This document shows, one piece after another, positions 19,952-25,551 of a DNA stretch of 31,034 nt (positions are counted from its first letter, which is position 1; each line of letters opens with the position of its first letter). The translations under genes were made by a program, and so were the position numbers. This DNA comes from a virus (Duplodnaviria > Caudoviricetes). The notes under the pieces were generated by a model. That model did not search any database. It was not told the origin of the DNA and saw only the letters and a list, made by a program, of their open reading frames with translations. The stretch is from the IMG/VR virus record IMGVR_UViG_3300032295_000861, positions 1-31,034 of that record; one strand, given 5' to 3'.

Positions 19952-20191
19952 ATGAAATTTTATAAAGATGAAGATACTGACCTACAATTACATGTTAGCA
20001 TATGTCAAGAAAGATATCAACAATTAGACCTCCGTTTAGGCAAAGTTGAGGCAAAATTAGACCAGATCGAAGAGAAAATAGACCGGTTTAAGGATGAAAT
20101 TGCCTGGCTTTTAATCAAGGGTGGCTTTGGTGTTATCATTACCTTATTAGGTAGTATTGCAGCCATTTTAAAACTATTTGGACATTGGTGA
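19952..20191 (+). CDS. Coiled-coil plus C-terminal transmembrane protein (XhlA/holin-like)
   Basis: 'LHVSICQERYQQLDLRLGKVEAKLDQIEEKI' followed by a hydrophobic helix; GAGGA RBS lies inside the reverse HNH gene. Confidence 0.55.
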   Translation: MKFYKDEDTDLQLHVSICQERYQQLDLRLGKVEAKLDQIEEKIDRFKDEIAWLLIKGGFGVIITLLGSIAAILKLFGHW

Positions 20192-20195
20192 CCTT

Positions 20196-20201
20196 TAAAT
20201 A
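20196..20201 (+). promoter_or_regulatory. T4-late-like promoter core TAAATA; leaderless start
   Basis: TAAATAggttcATG (5-nt spacing to ATG 20207). Confidence 0.6.
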
Positions 20202-20206
20202 GGTTC

Positions 20207-20509
20207 ATGGACCGAAAACAATTTGAATCATTATTAGACCAACACACCAAGAAATGGTGGATTGATGTAGATAAAAGCAACACTGGCCATCTAACTGGTC
20301 GTATTAAGAATGGCGTGCAAATGTCATCCTACTCTCCCAATCCCAGCGGATATCCTGTGGTATTGGAACACAAAATACCTTGTGAATTTTGCACCATGTG
20401 CTGTCGACAGGTAGAAGGCAAGCGAGAACTAGTTGACTTACAGAGCAAGGTAGTTCAATGTAAATGTGGTCTAAAATACCCAATATCTATTGACAGTTTA
20501 ATCAGATGA
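20207..20509 (+). CDS. Putative zinc-ribbon protein
   Basis: CEFC..CC and CKCG cysteine clusters. Confidence 0.6.
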   Translation: MDRKQFESLLDQHTKKWWIDVDKSNTGHLTGRIKNGVQMSSYSPNPSGYPVVLEHKIPCEFCTMCCRQVEGKRELVDLQSKVVQCKCGLKYPISIDSLIR

Positions 20510-20518
20510 GTAAATAAT
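20490..20518 (+). promoter_or_regulatory. Composite promoter: TTGACA -35 plus TAAATA/AATAAT
   Basis: TTGACA 20490-20495, TAAATA 20511-20516, and AATAAT at 17-nt spacing (20513-20518). Confidence 0.6.
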
Positions 20519-20521
20519 ATA

Positions 20522-20712
20522 GTGTGCGGTGAGGGGTTTTCTTGTTTGATTCCTAGTTATAATAACGCCATTTTATAATATCCTCTCTATACCTCACCAC
20601 ACACCTTAGTAACAGTGTTCTCATATGTAAATTCATAATGTTCCAAGACTGTCAAATCTTACTGTTACTAATGTGAAAAACCCCGAAGAGCAATTCCGAG
20701 GGGTTTTTCTTT
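20522..20712 (+). ncRNA. Putative antisense sRNA with two large anti-RBS/anti-AUG loops and a terminator
   Basis: Stem 1 20522-20534/20592-20604 (12/13 bp); stem 2 20606-20616/20661-20671 (11/11 bp); terminator stem 20675-20684/20700-20709 plus T-run. No sizeable ORF, and a promoter lies directly upstream. Confidence 0.65.
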
Positions 20713-20727
20713 GGCAATTTTAGCCTC

Positions 20728-20761
20728 TTTACAGGCCTAATTTTTTAGTCTATACTAAATA
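20728..20761 (+). promoter_or_regulatory. Composite promoter: sigma70-type TTTACA-17-TATACT overlapping TAAATA
   Basis: TTTACA 20728-20733, TATACT 20751-20756, TAAATA 20756-20761. Confidence 0.6.
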
Positions 20762-20806
20762 CTAATAACAAAATGCTTTGACAGGGCTTTTGTTTTAAGG
20801 AACAGT

Positions 20807-21205
20807 ATGAATTTGAATTTACTAACTCAATCCGAATTAAAAACTTATTATACTAATGTATGGGTTAAGACTAAGGGTCTTAAAATTCGAGATATTACAA
20901 ATCATCCTCAAATTGATGATGCTATTTTGTTGGTAACAATTCGTGACGAATACTGGTCATTTTTTAATGCAAGCAATAAAGGACTTTGGGCCGCTCTTTG
21001 GAATAAAGTCTACCATCTTCAATTTAAACTTAAAAATAAACATCTTAAACAATTAGAACAATTAGTAATTACAGGCACATCAAGGCAACAAGAATTAAAT
21101 CAAACAAGACAACTTATTAAAGCAAATCGTAATAGAATAAAAAAAGGGGTAGTTCATATGACGACTAATCCTACCCCCGCCGCAGAATCTCTTATTGGGT
21201 TTTGA
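20807..21205 (+). CDS. Hypothetical basic protein (candidate replication/regulatory factor)
   Basis: AAGGAA RBS; 132 aa. It has its own promoter, an antisense-targeted start and a hairpin-rich region downstream. No family recognised. Confidence 0.7.
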   Translation: MNLNLLTQSELKTYYTNVWVKTKGLKIRDITNHPQIDDAILLVTIRDEYWSFFNASNKGLWAALWNKVYHLQFKLKNKHLKQLEQLVITGTSRQQELNQTRQLIKANRNRIKKGVVHMTTNPTPAAESLIGF

Positions 21206-21484
21206 ATAACGGAAGGTGTCCACGACGCCAGGAAACTGGTAGCAGTAGAATATAGCCAAACATCTGCTCGCAAGGTCTCAATAAGTCTCTACCCTTACAG
21301 GGTCAAGTTCTGTAAGAGTTTTTACAGTGGTAGAGAGATGACTAGGGAATTAGAATTTTTTTTAAGTTCTAATCCTATTAGTCGTCTCTTGACTGCGTCT
21401 GTAAGATCTCTTTCAAAACTTAATCTTAAAAGATAATAGTTCGAGTAAACGGAGTTTACGATGAACAGATGTCGTAAGACATCT
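21146..21484. other. Multi-hairpin non-coding region (candidate origin or structured RNA)
   Basis: Stems include ggggtag/ctacccc, ccag-GAAA-ctgg, tctctacc/ggtagaga enclosing cttacag/ctgtaag, gagatgacta/tagtcgtctc, gtaaac-gga-gtttac and agatgtc-GTAA-gacatct. Confidence 0.55.
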
Positions 21485-21501
21485 ATTAATAAAGGAAATA
21501 T

Positions 21502-22032
21502 ATGATATTTGATGATAACACTAAAATTAGATTTAAAAAATTTATTAAAGAAGATATTACCACTAAATGTTGGGAATGGCAAGGAACTAAACTTCCTAGA
21601 GGATATGGAAGATTTAATTATAAAGGAAAATTTTATCTTGCTCATAGATTTAGTATGATGTTAGAAGGAAATGATGTTACTGGATTTTTTGTATGTCATC
21701 ACTGTGATAATCCTAAATGTGTTAATCCTTTACATTTGTTTTTAGGTACTCATATTGATAACATGAAAGACATGATATCAAAAGGTAGAAATAAAAATAT
21801 TATTAAAAAAAAATATACTAGACAATCTACTGGCGGCTTAAAAGGTATATTAAATCACAGTGCAAAACTTACAGATGATATTGTTCGTGAGATTAGAAAT
21901 AAAGCATATGTTGGAAAATCTGGAAGATATAATACTGGTGGTAATATTAAAGAACTTTCTAAAAAATATAATGTTTCAGGAACTACTATAAAACATATAT
22001 TAAATGGAAAGACTTGGAAACATGTGACCTAA
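21502..22032 (+). CDS. HNH homing endonuclease with C-terminal HTH
   Basis: CWEWQG...AHRFS...VCHHCDNPKCVNPLHLFLGTHIDNMKDM; 'AKLTDDIVREIR...LSKKYNVSGTTIKHILNGKTWKHV'. Confidence 0.92.
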   Translation: MIFDDNTKIRFKKFIKEDITTKCWEWQGTKLPRGYGRFNYKGKFYLAHRFSMMLEGNDVTGFFVCHHCDNPKCVNPLHLFLGTHIDNMKDMISKGRNKNIIKKKYTRQSTGGLKGILNHSAKLTDDIVREIRNKAYVGKSGRYNTGGNIKELSKKYNVSGTTIKHILNGKTWKHVT

Positions 22033-22067
22033 AATTCACCTATTTCATAACCATTGTTTATCTTCTG

Positions 22068-22075
22068 TATAAATA
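22068..22075 (+). promoter_or_regulatory. Exact T4 late promoter consensus TATAAATA
   Basis: Intergenic, followed by AGGAG and ATG 22094. Confidence 0.6.
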
Positions 22076-22093
22076 TTAATATAGGAGAAAGCA

Positions 22094-22519
22094 ATGGCAA
22101 GAAGTAAACATCCATTATACAAAACACACTATCAATGGTGGCGTGCCTGTAATACACCTGGAGTTGGACATTGGAATCAATATGGCGGTCTAGGTGTTAA
22201 AATGTATCGACCATGGAATCAACTCAAACTGGGTTTTGATCGTTTCGAGCAATGGGTTCTAGATCATTTAGGTCCAAGACCATTCCCTGAAGCAGTACTT
22301 AGAAGAATTGATACTACAGGCGATATCAAACCCGGTAATCTAATGTGGAGCACAAGACAGCATCTGTGCAACACTCGCAAGACCAACTTGATGATTAAAA
22401 TCAATGGTCAAAAAAAGAGTCTAGCAGATTGGGCTAGACATTACGGTAAAAATTATGACGCAGTCTACAGCCGAATTGTTGACTACGGATTTAAACCCAA
22501 GGACGCATTGACAAAATGA
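22094..22519 (+). CDS. Divergent HNH-like protein with C-terminal HTH
   Basis: 'YGGLGVKM...W...F..W...LGPRP...LRRIDTTGDIKPGNLMW' resembles the phage 'YGGRGI...DRIDN.G.Y.P.NCRW' family; 'KSLADWARHYG' HTH. Confidence 0.7.
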   Translation: MARSKHPLYKTHYQWWRACNTPGVGHWNQYGGLGVKMYRPWNQLKLGFDRFEQWVLDHLGPRPFPEAVLRRIDTTGDIKPGNLMWSTRQHLCNTRKTNLMIKINGQKKSLADWARHYGKNYDAVYSRIVDYGFKPKDALTK

Positions 22520-22656
22520 TCTCAACTGGCACTAACTTAAAATCTATATTGAATTCAATATATCCCCCACAGAAAATATATCCCACAATACCCACATGGC
22601 ATTACAGTCATGGCACACCGTACCCATCGACCAAGGAACAAAATGAAAACAAGTAA
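22516..22656 (+). CDS. Possible small protein (46 aa; not in ORF track)
   Basis: ATGA overlap with the upstream stop; MISTGTNLKSILNSIYPPQKIYPTIPTWHYSHGTPYPSTKEQNENK*. Confidence 0.3.
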   Translation: MISTGTNLKSILNSIYPPQKIYPTIPTWHYSHGTPYPSTKEQNENK

Positions 22657-22972
22657 TAGAGGACGGAAGCCCGGCCCATTCCCCGCAGGTTGGCATTATA
22701 AAGAGCCCATGCTGCATGAACAACACATTGCATTTCTTAGACAGAAAGCACAGGCCAAGTTTCGCAATGAACCATGGGATTTGACCATTGAAGAATATTT
22801 TAAATTATGGACACCTGAACTGTGGGTGCAAAGAGGAAGAAAGGCCACTGACCTTTGCATGATACGAATAGACACAAATCTTGCTTGGAGAACGGACAAT
22901 GTGGAAATTGTTGAACGATACTATCAACTCACAGTGGTACAAGGTAAAATCCCCAAAAGGAAACAAGGATGA
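22643..22972 (+). CDS. Divergent HNH-like protein
   Basis: AAGGA RBS before ATG 22643. 'AKFRNEPWDLTIEEYFKLW...RGRKATDLCMIRID...WRTDNVEIV' resembles phage beta-beta-alpha-metal-fold proteins. Confidence 0.6.
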   Translation: MKTSNRGRKPGPFPAGWHYKEPMLHEQHIAFLRQKAQAKFRNEPWDLTIEEYFKLWTPELWVQRGRKATDLCMIRIDTNLAWRTDNVEIVERYYQLTVVQGKIPKRKQG

Positions 22973-23349
22973 AACGAAGAATACACTACATACCCAAGGT
23001 CACAGCCAGTCGAGCAAACTACAGAGAAATCAGTGATGAGGACATGAGTTGGCTCAAAGAAGAACTTATTCGTTGGATGGCCACAATGGGTGAATTGGAT
23101 CAATTCCATGATGTGGATGCCAAATGGGTCCGCGACTCTTATTGGCACAAAAGAACTGACACACTGCCCCGTGGCAAGTTTGGCAACAACAGCCCTTGTA
23201 GTTTTGTCAGCGGCCTACTCAACAACCTAGTATTTGGTCAACAAAAAGATCTCAGTGACAAACAAATGGACGCAGTACAGAATATCAGTCATATCGTGGG
23301 AGCAGCCACAGAGTCATGTACAGAAATAACTTTTCAAGTGGGGTTTTAA
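22969..23349 (+). CDS. Hypothetical protein
   Basis: 126-aa ORF with ATGA coupling. Confidence 0.7.
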   Translation: MKRRIHYIPKVTASRANYREISDEDMSWLKEELIRWMATMGELDQFHDVDAKWVRDSYWHKRTDTLPRGKFGNNSPCSFVSGLLNNLVFGQQKDLSDKQMDAVQNISHIVGAATESCTEITFQVGF

Positions 23350-23351
23350 TT

Positions 23352-23567
23352 ATGTGGAACGCAGACTTTGATCCAATGCAGCAATTGATTGAATTACAGA
23401 CCAATCAATTGGTCTCTAACAAAAACATATTAGAATTAACACGAAGCATCAATGCCCATGGTGAACTAATAAAAAAATTGATTGACCAGATGAATTATCA
23501 GACACAGGCAATCAACAATTTAGACTATCGTCTAGATCAATTAGAAAAAATATATATTAATGGATGA
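23352..23567 (+). CDS. Hypothetical coiled-coil protein
   Basis: Likely start ATG 23352 (MWNADFDPMQQL...); heptad pattern. Confidence 0.65.
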   Translation: MWNADFDPMQQLIELQTNQLVSNKNILELTRSINAHGELIKKLIDQMNYQTQAINNLDYRLDQLEKIYING

Positions 23568-23573
23568 ATCAAA

Positions 23574-23756
23574 ATGAAAAAAGAAAAGACCCTACTACCA
23601 ACAGCATACTTGACACTGAGCAATGGAGTCACAGCACAGATCCAATTCAGTGATCCCGCATACACACAAAAGTTTGCCAATGAACTCTTGGCCGTGGGAA
23701 CACTATTGGGTTCTTGGATCAAGGGCATCGAAGTTACAGATAAACCCGCTGATTGA
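23574..23756 (+). CDS. Hypothetical protein
   Basis: 60-aa ORF in the co-directional run. Confidence 0.6.
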   Translation: MKKEKTLLPTAYLTLSNGVTAQIQFSDPAYTQKFANELLAVGTLLGSWIKGIEVTDKPAD

Positions 23757-23768
23757 ACAAATTGATCA

Positions 23769-23797
23769 TTGTGTGATCCTACAAAATACTGTATAAT
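23769..23797 (+). promoter_or_regulatory. Putative sigma70 promoter
   Basis: TTGTGT-17-TATAAT, followed by AGGAG and ATG 23818. Confidence 0.5.
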
Positions 23798-23817
23798 ATA
23801 CTGTATAGGAGAACACA

Positions 23818-24003
23818 ATGACAAGATCACAGCAAGCAGAACAATTGGTCCAATTTCGAAAAGAAGCACGGACTATTTTTAAATCGCATCCTAAATTTGA
23901 AGTAACAGCAGTCAATGCCTATGCAAGACGAATTCTTGAAATTCAAGAAATGGCTGCTAGAGCAAGAGAACAACATGAACTTTCTAACAAAACCACAGAT
24001 TGA
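23818..24003 (+). CDS. Hypothetical protein
   Basis: AGGAG RBS; 61 aa. Confidence 0.7.
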   Translation: MTRSQQAEQLVQFRKEARTIFKSHPKFEVTAVNAYARRILEIQEMAARAREQHELSNKTTD

Positions 24004-24214
24004 TCTACTGGATTTAACGGACTGTAAGAAAAATCTTAAACAGTTAAAAACAGAATATGATCTAGAACGACCACTAGAAGAAACATTTGACACTGTGTGG
24101 CCCGTGATAGATCCATTGACCAACAACCTAATTTGGTTAGAGGACAGAATTTATTATTTGGAAACTTGTGCTCGATTAGACAGCATTAGACGAGTCAACC
24201 CAGTAACAGAATAA
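23975..24214 (+). CDS. Hypothetical protein
   Basis: Likely start ATG 23975 (MNFLTKPQ...), preceded by AAGAG. Confidence 0.6.
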   Translation: MNFLTKPQIDLLDLTDCKKNLKQLKTEYDLERPLEETFDTVWPVIDPLTNNLIWLEDRIYYLETCARLDSIRRVNPVTE

Positions 24215-24221
24215 GGACCAT

Positions 24222-24270
24222 GGTGGATTCAAAAAAACTTGTCCGTTTGTACCGTGAATCCACCTTTTTT
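24222..24270 (+). terminator. Hairpin with T-run (terminator-like, large loop)
   Basis: GGTGGATTC 24222-24230 / GAATCCACC 24256-24264, then T6. Confidence 0.45.
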
Positions 24271-24321
24271 GATACTCCCGGGGTAGTAGAGAGTCCGAAA
24301 CCCCGATTTTAAACACACACT

Positions 24322-24525
24322 ATGCGACCACTGATAACAATTTTCCTACTAGTAATCATCTCAGGATGCAGTCATTACAATCCAATATTGAGTGATGTTG
24401 ATTGTCAATTTGTGGGCAAGCCCAATGACTATAAATTACCCAGCAAGTGCGGTCCAAAATCCTACAGTAAATCTTCAGTAGTGATCCGAAAAACTAGTCC
24501 CCATACCTACACAATATACAAATAA
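24322..24525 (+). CDS. Putative lipoprotein
   Basis: Signal peptide MRPLITIFLLVIISG followed by lipobox Cys; two further Cys. Confidence 0.7.
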   Translation: MRPLITIFLLVIISGCSHYNPILSDVDCQFVGKPNDYKLPSKCGPKSYSKSSVVIRKTSPHTYTIYK

Positions 24526-24549
24526 AACTCTTTCTGGCTAATTTTATCA

Positions 24550-24578
24550 TTGCATATAAATACTTTTAATGTTATACT
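24550..24578 (+). promoter_or_regulatory. Composite promoter: TTGCAT-17-TGnTATACT with nested TATAAATA
   Basis: TTGCAT 24550-24555, TATAAATA 24555-24562, extended -10 TATACT 24573-24578. Confidence 0.6.
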
Positions 24579-24627
24579 AGTATTACTGCGGTGCAATGCA
24601 GTAATCATTAACCAAAAGGAGATTAAA

Positions 24628-24876
24628 ATGATTTATAAATTAAGTTACAATCTAGCGTTTGATCCAAAAGCAACACAAGAAGTTTTTGCAGAAAATGAAA
24701 TAGAGTTGGCACATGCATTATTGGATATGGAAAGAGATGTTGGTAAGGTATGTTTTAATGTAGTAATTGAAGAAGTTGAAAGACCAGAAGACTTTCAAAG
24801 AATGGATCAAGCAACTTGTCTAAGAGCAATTCAACACTGGGCAAAGATACTTGAAAAAGATTTGAAAAACAAATAA
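24628..24876 (+). CDS. Hypothetical protein (82 aa), standalone transcription unit
   Basis: AAGGAG RBS before ATG 24628; own promoter and terminator. Confidence 0.75.
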   Translation: MIYKLSYNLAFDPKATQEVFAENEIELAHALLDMERDVGKVCFNVVIEEVERPEDFQRMDQATCLRAIQHWAKILEKDLKNK

Positions 24877-24883
24877 AATGGAC

Positions 24884-24901
24884 AGGGCTAGCAATAGCCC
24901 T
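24884..24901 (+). terminator. Hairpin after ORF 24628
   Basis: AGGGCTA-GCAA-TAGCCCT; the T-run is weak. Confidence 0.45.
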
Positions 24902-24965
24902 CCTCGCTCTTACTAGGTGGAGTGTCCAGCACCTAGTCTTTGGATGATTTAGATCTTATTGGGTA

Positions 24966-24994
24966 TTGACCTGATTGCACCGCAGTGCTATACT
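24966..24994 (+). promoter_or_regulatory. Near-consensus sigma70 promoter
   Basis: TTGACC-17-TATACT; the spacer contains ATTGCACCGCAGT. Confidence 0.65.
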
Positions 24995-25081
24995 AATAAT
25001 AAGAAAACAAAGGCCCCTTTATTGCACGAGCAGTAAGGGGTTTCTTTTGGCCTTTTTTTACGACTAAAATTTCCTTTTAGT

Positions 25082-25087
25082 TAAATA
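25082..25087 (+). promoter_or_regulatory. T4-late-like promoter core TAAATA; leaderless start of terminase operon
   Basis: TAAATAtcgttATG (5-nt spacing), no SD sequence. Confidence 0.6.
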
Positions 25088-25092
25088 TCGTT

Positions 25093-25551
25093 ATGGAAGA
25101 ACAACCAAACGATATTCCCACCTCCGATCAACAGTTACCAAATTATGAAGTAATTGCATTAGAGCCGGAGCCCCCTGTTGATCCCTCTAAGACTGGCAAT
25201 AAACCCAAACAACTTAAAGCCATTGAAGTCTATGGTTATGAAGTGGGTCGTGGTAATCGCAAGAAGGTAGTCACTCCTGAAGACATATACAAACTAGCAA
25301 GTATTGGCTGCACTGACAGTGAAATAGCCCGCTGGTTTGACATAGCAGAAAGCACACTAAAATACAACTTTAGTGAAATCCTTGCAAAAGGTCGTGAGGA
25401 TATCAAGATGGCACTCCGCCACGCTATGATTAAGAATGCCCTAGGTGGCAATGCTGTAATGCAAATATGGTTATCGAAGAATTGGTTGGGAATGTCAGAC
25501 AATCCAACTAACACTGATGCCAATGCTCCTTTACCATGGACTGAGGAATAA
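25093..25551 (+). CDS. terS: Terminase small subunit
   Basis: HTH 'LASIGCTDSEIARWFDIAESTL' and 'GGNAVMQIWLSKNWLGMSD'; directly upstream of TerL. Confidence 0.85.
   Translation: MEEQPNDIPTSDQQLPNYEVIALEPEPPVDPSKTGNKPKQLKAIEVYGYEVGRGNRKKVVTPEDIYKLASIGCTDSEIARWFDIAESTLKYNFSEILAKGREDIKMALRHAMIKNALGGNAVMQIWLSKNWLGMSDNPTNTDANAPLPWTEE

Noticed and set aside
20557-20588. Minus-strand mini-ORF (SD plus ATG GCG TTA TTA TAA)
   Set aside because: It is only four codons with no minus-strand promoter noticed, while the promoter and terminator point to a + strand RNA. It is not fully excluded.
20510-21501. CRISPR mini-array or tRNA in the non-coding gaps
   Set aside because: No regularly spaced direct repeats, and no cloverleaf with a T-loop consensus.
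21146-22093. Group I intron carrying the HNH gene at 21502
   Set aside because: GNRA hairpins and a GACTA word are suggestive, but I could not find the P7/S partner or a 3' exon, and the gap after the HNH holds a promoter instead. A cmsearch would settle it.
24220-24312. 30-codon ORF over the hairpins after 24214
   Set aside because: The SD-like AAGGA is only 2 nt from the ATG and the region is explained by two hairpins, so support is insufficient.
5949-24627. Upstream starts given by the ORF track (5949, 10503, 19189, 22610, 23316, 23915, 24550)
   Set aside because: They overlap upstream genes or promoters. Downstream ATGs (6048, 10536, 19249, 22643, 23352, 23975, 24628) fit RBS position or gene coupling better.
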